From Octopus sinensis (taxonomy: Eukaryota), in contig NW_021833112.1 of the NCBI RefSeq assembly GCF_006345805.1, forward strand, positions 1 through 60,118: DNA of 60,118 nucleotides, in the 5' to 3' direction. The position numbers and the translations under genes are program-made. The notes under the pieces were generated by a model. That model was not told where the DNA came from. It made no database searches and was given only the letters and a program-made list of their open reading frames with translations. This document shows positions 1 through 13,750 of the stretch, one piece after another (within the stretch, counting starts at the first letter, position 1; the number at the start of each line of letters is the position of its first letter).

Positions 1-582
1 TATTATTCATACAGCACCAGGAGAGAAGACAGAGACAAAATAAACTAGCAAGAGAATTACATTTTTGCTCTTTGTCCTGTCTCTTGGTGGTGTATGAACA
101 TTTAATGTGTTTGCAGAGTCAAACTTTGGCTGCTATTTCTACCGTGGGTGGTATCTCTTAGATACCCTTAATTATAATTTTAATATATATATATATTTCG
201 TTTTGGGATTTGGTTTGCAAGATTCAACAACTATTGCAAGTGTCAACAACTGTTGAAAAGATGGCAAAACGCAACGAAAATTTTAGAAAAATAAAAGAAA
301 TAAGTGGAAATTTTACCGGTGAATGTGTTAAATTATAAGGCACCAAAAGAGAATGACTCTGCCCAGACACAACAGTATGTATATGAATATATATATATAT
401 ATATAATATAATATATATATATATACACTTGTGGTAAGGCGATTTGACGTCTATTTCTAGCGTAGAGGAAACCACTTTTTTGTTGTCATTCCTCTTATTA
501 ACTGTATATATTATATATATATATATAGATATATATATATTATATATCTATATAATATATATATATATATATAGATATATAT

Positions 583-634
<52 letters not shown>

Positions 635-925
635 ATATATATATTATATGGAGAGTTAAGTTTCACAAATTAGGATTGTTTTATAATTAACTACACTTCG
701 TAAATAACCATTCAATGTACGTAAGGAGAACTATTAGTTAAAACAGAGATTGAAATATTAACCAGGTAAATTCCTTCTTGTACACGCATATTCATTTCTT
801 AGATAGGAATATAGTGCATATGAGAGGTGCGTGGCTTAATGGTTAAAGGTGTTGCACCAGACATTTGATTCTTCGATATATGCTCATATACAAATATATA
901 CATATATCTATATTAAATATACATT

Positions 926-964
<39 letters not shown>

Positions 965-975
<11 letters not shown>

Positions 976-3011
976 TACATTACAAATATAGATACATGCA
1001 TATGAACGACAGTGTGTAGTAAAATACATGATTGTAGAATTCGAGATATACAAAGTTCCAATATTAATCCGGATGGAGTGGCGAAAAAGTGGTTCAGGAG
1101 ATCTGGGGAAGATCCGAGAAGAAGGTGGGAAAATATATGAGGGTCCAACAGAGAAGAGAAAGATCAGGCAGGCAGGACTAAACTGGGGTCAATACGTGAG
1201 CGTACATTACTTGGTTTTCTCTCGTTATTCCTTTCTGTAGACGAGCGTAAGTTTGAAACGTCGAAGACCCTTCTTTTATTTATCCTGTGCATCAAATTGA
1301 TAAACCATGTGTCTTATTCCCTCACCCGTCTCTGTCATTTTTTGTACAGTTACAGTTTTGAAACATATAGATAAATACTTCCATGTGTATTCAAAAAATC
1401 AAAAACTCTGTTTCGTCCTTCAAGGACGAAAAAGACCATTTGATCTTTCTATTAATACATCTAGTGGCCTCAACTCATTTGAAGTCTGCAATCGTTTGAT
1501 TATTCCTTAAACGGTGGGCAGCAGAGATGTGACAGCTTGTCATTTCAGGTATGAACCTATATGCTTTTGCCCAGAAGAAGCAAAGGTAGGTTAATAGGGC
1601 TTACCTCTTCAAGGGATTTTCTATTAAGCATTAAGCTTTTCAAGGCGGTCTTACCAAAGACTTGTGAGTGAATCTAGCACACGAAAACTGTGTGGAAGCA
1701 CACTGTATAAACATACATACACATATACATAGGTACAGTCTTGTGATATCTGTTGTTGTTTTTATATCCTGTAACCTAGCAGTTCGGCATAATAGACAGA
1801 TAAAATTACTATTAGACTAATGACAATGGCTGTGCTTTCAACACAAAAGTTCGTCTATACCTTTCATGGCGGTGCCTCAACATAGCCGCTGTCCAATGTG
1901 TGAATCAAGTAAAAGATAAAAGATTATATAATATATATATCTTTTATAAGATGTTTATGTATGTTAGTATGTATATATATATATATATATATATAATATA
2001 ATATATATATATATATATATATAGAAATATACATAACAAATATAGATACATGCATATGAACGACAGTGTGTAGTAAAATACATGATTGTAGAATTCGAGA
2101 TATACAAAGTTCCAATATTAATCCGGATGGAGTGGCGATAAAGTGGTTCAGGAGATCTGGGGAAGATCCGAGAAGAAGGTGGGAAAATATATGAGGGTCC
2201 AACAGAAGAGAAAGATCAGGCAGGCAGGACTAAACTGGGGTCAATACGTGAGCGTACATTACTTGGTTTTCTCTCGTTATTCCTTTCTGTAGACGAGCGT
2301 AAGTTCGAAACGTCGAAGACCCTTCTTTTATTTATCCTGTGCATCAAATTGATAAACCATGTGTCTTATTCCCTCACCCGTCTCTGTCATTTTCTTTTGT
2401 ACAGTTTTGAAACATATACATAAATACTTCCATGTGTATTCAAAAAATCAAAACATCTGTTTCGTCCTTCAAGGACGAAAAAGACCATTTGATCTTTCTA
2501 TTAATACATCTAGTGGCCTCAACTCATTTGAAGTCTGCAATCGTTTGATTATTCCTTAAACGGTGGGCAGCAGAGATGTGACTGCTTGTCATTTCAGGTA
2601 TGAACCTATATGCTTTTGCCCAGAAGAAGCAAAGGTAGGTTAATAGGGCTTACCTCTTCAAGGGATTTTCTATTAAGCATTAAGCTTTTCAAGGCGGTCT
2701 CACCAAAGACTTGTGAGTGAATCTAGCACACGAAAACTGTGTGGAAGCACACTGTATAAACATACATACACATATACATAGGTACAGTCTTGTGATATAT
2801 GTTGTTTTTATATCCTGTAACCTAGCAGTTCGGCATAATAGACAGATAAAATTACTATTAGACTAATGACAATGGCTGTGCTTTCAACACAAAAGTCGTC
2901 TATACCTTTCATGGCGGTGCCTCAACAAGCCGCTGTCCAATGTGTGAATCAAGTAAAAGATAAAAGATTATATAATATATATATCTTTTATAAGATGTTT
3001 ATGTATGTTAG

Positions 3012-3030
<19 letters not shown>
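965..3030. repeat. Tandem direct duplication, period about 1054 bp, bounded by (TA)n tracts
   Basis: 965-1975 recurs at 2020-3015 (e.g. GAACGACAGTG at 1004 and 2058) with only a few substitutions and indels. Confidence 0.95.
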
Positions 3031-3085
<55 letters not shown>

Positions 3086-3129
3086 AGAGAGAGAGATAAG
3101 AAAGTTGGTTTGTGAAAGCACGTGGTTGA

Positions 3130-3444
3130 ATATATAGAAAATAGTAAAAAGTGAAAAAACTACAGAAGGCTTGTTTTAAAAGGTTAAAGAATATATATTT
3201 AAGTCAATATGTCTGAAGAATATTATAAATTTTTTTCTTACAATGACATAGTTTAGAAGAAAGACCGGTTTCGCGTTTAGCTTTTCAAATTTCTTACGGC
3301 GTAAGAAATTTGAAAAGCTAAACTATGTCATTGTAAGAAAAAAATTTATAATATTCTTCAGACATATTGACTTAAATATATATTCTTTAACCTTTTAAAA
3401 CAAGCCTTCTGTAGTTTTTTCACTTTTTACTATTTTCTATATAT
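3130..3444. repeat. Long palindrome (127-bp arms) with nested hairpin
   Basis: 3130-3256 is the reverse complement of 3318-3444; inner hairpin 3275-3298/3300-3323. Confidence 0.95.
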
Positions 3445-4670
3445 ATATATATACATTAGAGGGCACTTCGCATTTGCCATATTCTACAATATATGCCAAT
3501 CATAATTTATTAGCAAATATGCAATTTTTCAGTAGCTTAACTTCTCGACTTTCTGCAACAGAACATTGTTGTTATCGTGCTCCTTAACATAATTTGCATC
3601 CAATGAACGATGAAGGAAAGAATAATAAACTAACAGATTCTGATTTAGGTAAACGGCTAGCAATTTTAAGGAAAGGTAATAAACTGTTACTTTGTTTTAT
3701 TTGATCGCAAAAGGATGAAAGGGAAAGAACAAGAAATTGTTATATTTGGGAAGATTCATAATGAATAAAGACTATATATTCACTTTTAGCTCTTTAGTTA
3801 GTAAACGAGCTCACATACGTACTATAGAGATGTAGTAAGGGTAAAATTTGTTGAAAAGATGCAAGCAAAATAGAAACAAGAATTTGAAAGAAAAGATATA
3901 CACCCATGGTGTAGGCTGCAGACTGGTGTTGTGGAATATATATTGAGGGACATAAGCATACATCAATGGCTATAGAAAGTGAAAAAAAGAAGTGAAATAT
4001 AGCCAAACATCAACCGACCAGTGTGTTAAATATGGCTCTTCACAAATATATCAATATTGATTTAAACATAATCTTAGAGATCAATATGAATGAAAACAAA
4101 TGAGATTAAAAAAAAAAAAGAAAAATGAAAAATTTTAATGCTAAATTCATAAATTACAAAACAAGTAGGTCTGAAAATATAATTTTGTTTTTTATTAAGT
4201 TTCATATTCTTGTAGTTGCTGTTGATGTTTAACCCATTACGAACACTGATCGAGAAGAAATAAGATCAAAGACGTACCAATCATGAACAGTCTATCTCTT
4301 TATGTGTATCTAGAAGTATATTAGCTAATACGTTTGATCTCTTTTCGGTAGACTTTTCTCTGAATTCAATCAGATCAATTGTTCGCATATTTGCGACCAT
4401 TAATGACTCGTTTTGTTATTTACGTCGTTCCATTGATGGCTATTTCATATTTCATAAGTATCTAGGACTACTTTATAAAACGTGTAATGTCTTCGTTTTA
4501 GATAGTAAGTTGTTGTTTGTGAGAAATTTAACCGATATTTCTGGCAGGCGATTGAAAGAACCATATAGATATTTGACGTTTGGGTCTTTTTGGCTGGATT
4601 ATGTAGCAGGAAATGACGTACTACTTAGAATCTCTAGAATCATAAGAGTTCAAAAGCTAAGATGCGATGC

Positions 4671-4796
4671 ACAAACATCATGATTTTTATACAAACGTCA
4701 TATGATTCTTCGACATACGTCATATGATCCTCACACAAACGTCATATGAATCTTCGACATACGTCGTATGATTCTCATACAAACGTCGTATTATTC
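4671..4796. repeat. 22-bp minisatellite with alternating A/B units
   Basis: ACAAACGTCATATGATTCTTCG alternating with ACATACGTCATATGATCCTCAC-like units, about 5.5 copies. Confidence 0.9.
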
Positions 4797-5139
4797 AGAT
4801 TGTTCTTTATGTGACCGCCAGTTGTTTACTCTACGCTCAACCACATTTGAGCAAACGTATAACCTATATCGTTCCCTTCCAGGTCATCCAAAATCTTTTA
4901 GTTGCAGGCTGTAGTGCATTCACGATTACATTATCCAATGGTTAATCCCTTGAATTGGCTGGCGTTTCTAGTAAATACACTTCCCAAGTAAATCCTCTTT
5001 CTACGCTCTTAAGAAATCTGACGGACTGGTTACCACTAAATGCATAACTCTAATGTTGGATCCTTAGTACTATAACGAAATTAGGAATTGACCGAAAGTG
5101 TTCGACCGCGGATACAAATGGACCTCTGGATTAACGTTA

Positions 5140-5400
5140 CTCGACAGAGGGAACAGCTCAGAGAACATGGAGTAATATCTATGACAAGTCCCTACTTCTC
5201 AACATTGAGAAGTTAGAGCTTCGATACTCGGAACAAGAGGGTAGAATGCTGCCGGATAGACTAGCAAGTCAGATTCTTGAAGCCGAGTTAAACAGCAGGA
5301 AACTCAGGGACCGATCATGAATAAGATGTATAGCCTTAGCTGAGCTGATCACGCTTGCAAATTCAACAGGAAAGTCTAATAACGTTTGCTTCTGATAGAA
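5140..5400 (+). mobile_element. Degenerate RTE-clade LINE 3' fragment
   Basis: Hand translation SGLTLLDRGNSSE...LLLNIEKLELRYSEQEGRMLPDRLASQILEAELNSRKLRDRS*IRC resembles the RTE C-terminal pattern LRWxGHxxRM...RGRPxxRW. Confidence 0.6.
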
Positions 5401-6740
5401 ACCTACAGAAGAAGTACCTCAGACCCCTTTCCATGCTCCCTACCAAGAAGGCTGGGTGGCAAGGTTTGATGGATCGGTGAATATTATTGAAAATGAGAGA
5501 TGTAAGCAGTTGGTATTCTTTAATCCACGTATTACCTATGCAGCAGGGTAAACGTGATATTAAACAAAGAGAAGATCTGTTTTAATAACTTCTAAGGATG
5601 CGGTATTTCGTTATGCAGCCATAATATGCTATAAAGAATATTAAATGTCTTTATAAATCAACACAGTGTTCTACTGTGTTAGCAGTGCACATCACATCAC
5701 TATAAGATCTTTTTTGTTGCACGCACTAATCCTACACTAAACACGTCACCCAATATTTCATACCCAATATCATCACCTCGCTTCAGGATCCCCTTTTAGA
5801 CTAATCTGAAACAGTGTGAAGAATTTCAATGTTGAAAGTGATGTTAAACTAACAAAAACACGCAAGAATTTTAAGTTGCAGAGGACCTTGCCAAAAACTA
5901 ACAAAAACTCAGTTCTTTGTCACCCACTAAACTCGTCACCCAATATATCACTCCAAGTTTTATTACCTTTCATCAGGATCCCCTTTTAGACTACACTGAT
6001 ATAGTCTCAAGAAGTTTTGGTGGACCTCGCCAAGGATATACTGTACGTACGATAAGACTGCGCTTATTTACAGTTTATTGTTGATATTATGACTCGGCAC
6101 CGCATTCTGTCTATGTCAGTAATTCATTCGTATTTTCCTTTGGATGAAAAGTCAGTATCTTTACGAAGAATGTCAGACAAGTATCTGGCAGTATTTAGTT
6201 AATCTTTATTTAAAATTCTGTATTTATTCTTGGACTTGCATCGATCAACCGTATATCTTCGCATATGCGCTAAGAAAAATACCATTTTCTTAGGATCTTT
6301 ATATATCAGTGTCTGTAGCGTCACAGTAGTAAGTGTTAGGAAACTATGAAGCAGAACGGCTATCTTAAGACATTCTGTTATACGTTTGTAGCAATTTCGC
6401 TAATCCAATGTCCCGTGTCGCTACGTTTATTATCTCGCCCCCACCAGTAAAAACAAAAATTGCCAAATTATACATCGCTGGGATTTGAATCCTGTACAGA
6501 TGGAGTCGGAGCAAAATCTGCGTGGGATTTATCAAATGCTCTAACGAATCTTCAAACTCGCCGGGTTAGTGTTTTATGATACGCATTTTGTAAATAATTC
6601 CCATTGATAACGCGCGTTAGCGAGAGTTGACAAAGGTGTGTTAGTAATATTGTTGTTGGAGAAATACTTTAACCGGTTGATTCACAGATTTTCATTCATG
6701 TGCAGCGTTGCAAAATATGGAGGTACGTACACATACACTA

Positions 6741-6972
6741 AGGCGGCGAGCTGGCAGAAACTTTAGCACGCCGAGCGAAATGCTTAGCGATATTTCGTCT
6801 GTCTTTACGTTCTGAGTTCAGATTCCGCCGAGGTCGACTTTGCCTTTCATCCTATCGGGGTCGATTAAATAAGTACAAGTTGTGCACTTGGGTCTATATA
6901 ATTGACTTAATCCGTTTGTCTGTCCTTGTATGTTCCCTCTGTGTTTAGCCCCTTGTGGGTAGTAAAGAAATA
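6741..6972 (+). mobile_element. tRNA-derived SINE family A, full length
   Basis: AGGCGGCGAGCTGGCAGAA head, B-box-like GTTCAGATTCC, central CCTTTCATCC..TCGGGGTCGA domain, tail GTAAAGAAATA; imperfect TSD 6721-6738/6972-6989. Confidence 0.9.
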
Positions 6973-7482
6973 GGTATGAACACATACACACACATTCGGA
7001 AAGAGCTTGAGAAGAAGAGGAGAGAAACAATAGCAACATTCTTCTCACCATTCTGTTCTTCTTTGGTGGCATAAAAGACGCACCATCGTCGCGACCATCA
7101 AAACATCGTCCAAGGTCCTATATGCGAACCCGAGCCTATCCTAAGCCTATCATATTCATCTGATTATGCGCTACTGAAGTTGGGGTGCACCTTATGCGCC
7201 TGTCCAAATTCTATGCTATCAAATTGGTTAACTGTAACGGCTACCAAATTCAGTTTAGTATCAATAAGGATGCTTTTTAATTTTGATTCAATGACAGCAA
7301 TTTTGAAGAAAAGCAACAAGGTGATTAGATCGAGTCCAGGAAAGAATGAAAAAAAAATAGAAAGTATGAAAGGCAAAACTCGACCTCAGTTGAATTTTCA
7401 TTACAATCAATAATGATATCATTGTAATTCGTCGAGCTCGACTCTACCTTTGATCCTTCTGGGGATCAATGAAATAAATACC

Positions 7483-7715
7483 TATTTCTTTACTACCCAC
7501 AAGGGGCTAAACACAGAGAGGATAAATAAGGACAGATAAACGGATTAAGTCGATTATATCGACTCCTGTGCGTAACTGGTACCTATTTAATCGACCCCGA
7601 AAGGATGAAAGGGAAAGTTGACCTCGGCGGAATTTGAACTCATAACGTAACGGCAGACGAAATACCGCTAAGCATTTCGCCCGGTGTGTAAACGTTTCTG
7701 CCAGCTCGCCGCCTT
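7483..7715 (-). mobile_element. SINE family A inserted in an older related SINE
   Basis: Reverse complement of family A; 17-bp TSD TCAATGAAATRAATACC at 7466-7482 and 7716-7732. Confidence 0.9.
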
Positions 7716-8724
7716 TCAATGAAATGAATACCAGTTGAGCATTGGGATCAATCTGATCGACTCACTTCCTTTCCCAAAATTGCTGGCCTTGTGCTAAAAA
7801 TTGAAACCAATAATATTATTGTGTTCAAGTAGTGTAAACAGAAAGGCATAGTACTTAATACAATATGAAATTGTCCGCACCAGGCTTTAAGATTTTAAGA
7901 TCACCTAGGAAGATATTGTTCAGAATATACCCCGTGCAGATACCAGAATAGAATCAGTCGTCTTTCCAACTGTCAACAATATACAACAATGGTATCCAAC
8001 CGTTTTGAATTTATGGAGCATGGCAGGTCGAATTTTAAAACAATAATAAATACAAGTAAATATCAAATGGAAAATTATAGAATAAAACAGTTTTCAATTT
8101 TAAAAGTTAGTAAAAAATATACAAACCTTCTACAAACCCTATTTCAGAATCAAAATCGTGTATAACTAAATTATAAACATGTTTTTTCAAAGACGTTAAA
8201 AAGTTGTATAGATTTTCTAAAGACATAAATTATATATATTTTTAATTCCAAGAAATACCTAGCGATCCCTTACAGTGCAGCATTTTTCTGTAGTGAACGA
8301 CATGAGAAACTACTGCTGTAAGGCATTGTTGGAAATCGCGTGTAAATCATGGTAGGTAGATCTTATGTTAACAGCTAACAATGGAGGAACTATGATATTT
8401 ACGATAGCGGTCCTACTTTTATTTTACTGAATAGAGATTTACACACGTTATCGACTCCGTTGACTGAAGAGTGTGAGTGTGTGAGTATGTATGTATGTAT
8501 GAATGTATGTATGTATGTATGTATTATGTATGTATGTATGTATGTATGTATGTATGTATGTACTATGTATGTATGAGCATGTATGTGTGTATGGGTATGG
8601 GTGGGGGAGGAGGGGGAGTAGATGTGAGAGGTGGGGCAAAGTGAAACGTTACTGCTATTGATGAGTGAGAGATAGATAGATAGAGGGCGGGAAGATGTGA
8701 ACTGGAGATGGAAAGAAGGGAAGA

Positions 8725-8757
<33 letters not shown>

Positions 8758-8842
8758 GAACAAATAGATAGATAAATAGATAGATAGCCATATAACATAT
8801 ATACATATTACATAGATATATATATATATACATATATACAAT

Positions 8843-8889
<47 letters not shown>

Positions 8890-9472
8890 CAGAGAGAGAG
8901 AGAGAGATTAAGAGAGGGAGATTACAAGAGAGAAATTGGGAGAGAAAAATTAAGAGGAAGATTACGCACGAGAGATTGGGGGTGGTGACTAAGAAAGAGA
9001 GAGAGAGAGAGTGAAGGAGATTACAAGAAAGAGAGAGAGATTGAGACATTACGAGAGGGATTGAGAGAGATTAAGAAAGAAAGAGACAGAGAGAGAGAGA
9101 GGACAGAGTAAGATGAACTTGGTGAGAAATGCTGGGAAATAAAGACAAACGTGAAAGTGAATCCTTCGAAAGTAAAAGATCATGTTCTGTTATTGGATGA
9201 TAATGCAACATTCCAACCATACAGTATCTCTCATTCATCTTCGAACGCTACACGCACACAGACACACACAGACACAGACACACACACACACATAATCAAA
9301 AGTACATACACTTCCCACAGATGCTCACAGATAAACGAATATAGAAGATGTGAAAACGTATTTATTAATTAATTAAATACAGCGATTCGTGACACATAGC
9401 CATTCGTTTCGCTAAGAAGGGAAATTGTTTGAAGATTGCGTGTGTGAGAGTGAGTGAGTGCGTGTGTGTGTT

Positions 9473-9516
<44 letters not shown>

Positions 9517-9720
9517 TGCGTGTGTGTTCGTGTGTGAGTGAGTGAGTAGAATGTCTATTGGCTGGGATGTATATTTGGTGATATCAATGTTCGTATTCGT
9601 TCTTTTATCCTTCATGAAATTATGTAATGCTTATGTGCATATATATGTATATATATATATATATATGTGTGTGTGTATGTGTGTGTGTGTGTGTGTGTGT
9701 TTGTGTGTGTTTGTGTGTTC

Positions 9721-9758
<38 letters not shown>

Positions 9759-10153
9759 CTGTTTCCACACATGCACAAGTATGCAAATACATTGTTATTC
9801 AAGAAGAGTTTGTGTAGACGCACGGCTTAATGGTTACGGTGTTGCACTCAGGGTTATATGATTATGGGTACGAAACCTTGACCGGGCAAAGCGTCGGGTT
9901 TCTCGACAAAACACTTCTTTTGTCATCACTCTAGCCGCCTGAGCTTTTCAAAAATTAATAATCCCGTGATGGACCGTCGCTCTATCTGCGAGGTAGTATA
10001 TACGTCAGAGAATCCGGGAAACTCAATCGAGTCGGTATGGCACGGGAGCTTTCGATATACTTCGTAGCATATCATGGTTGCATAACGCTATATGAAAGAC
10101 AGAATGAAAAAAAAAACTGAAAGAATGAAATGCACCGGTTGCCAAGCGGTATT

Positions 10154-10383
10154 GGCAGCGAGCTGGCAGAAACGTTAGCACGCCGGGCGAGATGCTTAGC
10201 GGTATTTCGTCTGCGCTACGTTGTGAGTTCAAATTCCGCCGAGATCGACTTTGCCTTTCTTCCTTTCGGGGTCGATAAATTAAGTACCAGTTCCGCACTG
10301 GGGTCGATGTAATCGACTTAATACCTATGTCTTTCCTTGTTTGTCCCCTCTGTGTTTAGCCCCTTGTGGGTAATAAAGAAATA
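10154..10383 (+). mobile_element. SINE family A
   Basis: Same family; flanking repeat GGTATTGGC at 10148 and 10384. Confidence 0.9.
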
Positions 10384-10608
10384 GGTATTGGCGGAGAAAC
10401 ACAGACACAAAGACATACACACACACGCATGATAGTTTCAGTTTGCGTCTGTTAAATGCCTTGATAGGCATTGATCGACCCGAGGTTATAATAAGAGACA
10501 CTTGATCAGGTTGCCACAGAGTAAGACTGAACCTGGAACCATGTGGTTGGAAAGCAAAATTCTTATAACGCACGGCTTCACATAGCGAAATTTGTTTGCT
10601 TTTCATGT

Positions 10609-10900
10609 TTATTCCTTCTCGAGCTATGCCTGGCTCATTAGGGCCGGTTTTCCGGTTTTCTTGGCGTATAGGTTCCCCACCTGGATGGGACGCCGGTCTG
10701 GCGCAGGTGAGCTGCAAAATGCAGGAGGAAAAAGTGAGAGAAAGTTGTGGCGAAAGAGACAGCAGAAGTTCGCCATTACCTTCTGGAGGAGCCGCATGGA
10801 GCTTAGGTGTTTCGCTCATAAACACACAGATCGCCCGGTCTGAGATTCGAACCCGCGATCCCTCGACCGCGAGTCCGCTGCTCTAACCACGTGCCTCCAC
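10609..10900 (-). mobile_element. tRNA-derived SINE family B
   Basis: Reverse complement reads GTGGAGGCAC..TGGTTAGAGCAGCGGACTCGCGGTC..GGGTTCGAATC (A/B boxes); near-identical to 34146-34443. Confidence 0.88.
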
Positions 10901-11334
10901 GGTGCGCGAAATAGTCACCTAAATTACATACTTCATTCTGCTCGACAACACAAAGAACACAAGTGAAAGAAACACTGCCTCACATGTAAGTCCTTTTACA
11001 CGTTTCTTACACCCACCACCAACATAACATATAAGAGCAATTAACATTTCTTCGATAAACACCGAATCGAAAGAACTAGTGACTGAAACATTTCAACACG
11101 TCTTCCCATAAGTCATGCTGATGTGCCATACACACAACTCCCTTTCTAACTTTAAATGTAGTCTGACTAAACCTCCAAGATCGAATTACGCAATGCACAT
11201 AAGCATAATTCGATGCCGGCGCAAGAACGATGTTATAAGGGCGAAGGGGTGCACGCAACGGGATTGCATGGCTTGAGTCATGGACATGTTCCAGCAAGAA
11301 CAACTAGTTTGTCATCGTGGTTTACTATACTTTA

Positions 11335-11720
11335 ACACGCGAGATGCTTAGCGGTATTTCCTCTGCTGCTTCGTTCTAAGTTCAAATTCCGCCGAGGTCA
11401 ACTTTGCTTTTCATCCTTTCGGGGTCGATTAAATAAGTACCAGTTACGCACTGGAGTCGATATAATCGACTTAATCCGTTTCTCTGTCCTTGTTTGTCCC
11501 CTCTGTGTGTAGCTATTTGTGGGCAGTAAAGAAATAGGTATTTCGTCTGCCGTTACATTCTGATTTCAAATTCCGCCGAGGTCGACATTGCCTTTCATCC
11601 TTTCGGGGTCGATAAAATAAGTACCAGTTGCGCACTGGGGTCGATGTAATCGACTCAATTCCTTTGTCTGTCCTTGTTTCTCCCTCTATGTTCAGCCCCC
11701 TGTGGGAAATAAAGAATAAA
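11335..11720 (+). mobile_element. Nested or tandem SINE family A copies
   Basis: SINE body occurs twice; GGTATTTC at 11353 and 11537 brackets the inner copy. Confidence 0.85.
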
Positions 11721-11944
11721 AGAATAAAATATAGAAATCCCTCCGCTGGAACTCCCCAGACTTTAGTACGCTCTGTCTCCTTATGTATGCTGCTGGATAC
11801 AAATGTTAGGCAATTCGCTGTTTTTTGTATCTGTGGGTAGCTACGGCACAGCTGAGGTGGAAGGTCGCGTCAGTTTCTCAGAGAAACACGAAGGGCGCGC
11901 AGTTACCTTCCTACGTAGGACTTGTGTAGTACATCTTCAAGCCA

Positions 11945-12125
11945 TATGAAGAACAACGAATTGGAGAAATTCAGGAAGCGATTGATTAAGATCTTTAAAA
12001 ACAAGTTGTTTAAATTTACGAGCAATTTAAATAAGTTTTAGCTTTCTGGACATAACTCCAAAGATAAGAACGGGCAGTTAATTTACTTACAGAGAGACTA
12101 CTAAATATATCCATATACACACAAC
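11945..12125 (+). mobile_element. Very degenerate Penelope-like RT fragment
   Basis: KFRKRLIKIFKNKLFKFT...SFLDIT resembles the Penelope RT segment that ends in FLD. Confidence 0.4.
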
Positions 12126-12158
12126 ATGCGACGTGTACAGGTTCATTATAGTCACGAA

Positions 12159-12238
<80 letters not shown>

Positions 12239-12339
12239 GCCTGTCTGTCTTCCGATCTCTATGAACATATACAAGGATATGAATGTGTTACATAACAACT
12301 ACACAGACACACAGACACACGGACGCACTAACACGCACT

Positions 12340-12419
<80 letters not shown>

Positions 12420-12513
12420 CAATGTCGGTGTTTCAAAACACCTAGTAATATTTAGCGACAATTATAGATTTTCATTTTGGTAAATTATTGAACACTGTTA
12501 TCTATATTAAATT

Positions 12514-12605
<92 letters not shown>

Positions 12606-13124
12606 ATATATATGTAGATCAAGATATGGTTATATATTTAAATTGTATAATCAGTATTTTTGGAAGGCGGCACGAAAAGGTTATATAATACATATGTACT
12701 ATGTAGGGAATATAAGCGAATGTGTTTGATAAAGACCGAATAAAAATGAAAAAAATGAACACGAAAGAAGGAAAATAAATTTCAATTTAAAGTGCGAAAA
12801 AATTTTCCTGATTTCTTTCGTTTCTTTTAGATTATTTTTTCTTTTTTTCTGTTATTTTTTGAAAGTGGGTTTGTATAACAATGGGGAAAAAGGTTAAAGG
12901 AATAAGAGTATTACATAGAGTAAAAACGAGATTGTAACTAGAGATTACGGGGTAAAAATAGAAAATCTTCAAAACAACAAAGAGTTGATAAAAGAGAATT
13001 GCCAAAAAATTTTAAATATCAATCTTGAACGAAGCGAAGGTCTGGAAATATGGTGGATAACCTTTGGAGTCTTGGTGCAATGATTTGAATACATAACTAG
13101 ATATCTACGTGCATATGTGTGTGT

Positions 13125-13166
<42 letters not shown>

Positions 13167-13373
13167 TGTGTGTGTGTAGGTAAGAGTGCGTATATGTACG
13201 TGTGTGTGGTGTATGCAGATACGCAGTTTTGAAGGTATTTAAATAGATATGAACACGTATATATATATTTAAATATATATGCACTCATCCAAACACGAAA
13301 AGTTTTATACACACAGACTCATTTATATATGTATATTTACACACATACATACCTACATACACACACACACACA

Positions 13374-13436
<63 letters not shown>

Positions 13437-13466
13437 CATATATATATATATACATATATATATATA

Positions 13467-13625
13467 AAGGCGTAAGAGTGGTTGTGTGGTCAGAAGCTTT
13501 CTTCCGAACCTCATGGTTCCGGGTTTGATCTCATTGCGTGGAACCTGGGAAACTGTTTTCGACTAAAGGTAGCGCTCCAGCATGGCTGCAGTCAAGTGAC
13601 AGAAGCAAGTAAAAGAAGTAAAGAA
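13467..13625 (+). mobile_element. Internally deleted SINE family D
   Basis: Head AGGCG..GAGTGG.TGTGTGG joined directly to tail GACTAAAGG..GCTCCAGCATGGC..CAAGTAAAAGA. Confidence 0.75.
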
Positions 13626-13646
13626 TATATACATATACATACATAC

Positions 13647-13747
<101 letters not shown>

Positions 13748-13750
13748 CTA

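Noticed and set aside
4671-4796. CRISPR-like array
   Set aside because: No unique spacers, no cas genes, eukaryotic context
7988-8313. hAT-type MITE ends (also 19737-19950)
   Set aside because: Terminal repeats too degenerate and no 8-bp TSD seen
10820-10900. Functional tRNA genes (here and in similar heads)
   Set aside because: They are SINE heads continuing into shared bodies, with no clear acceptor stem or terminator
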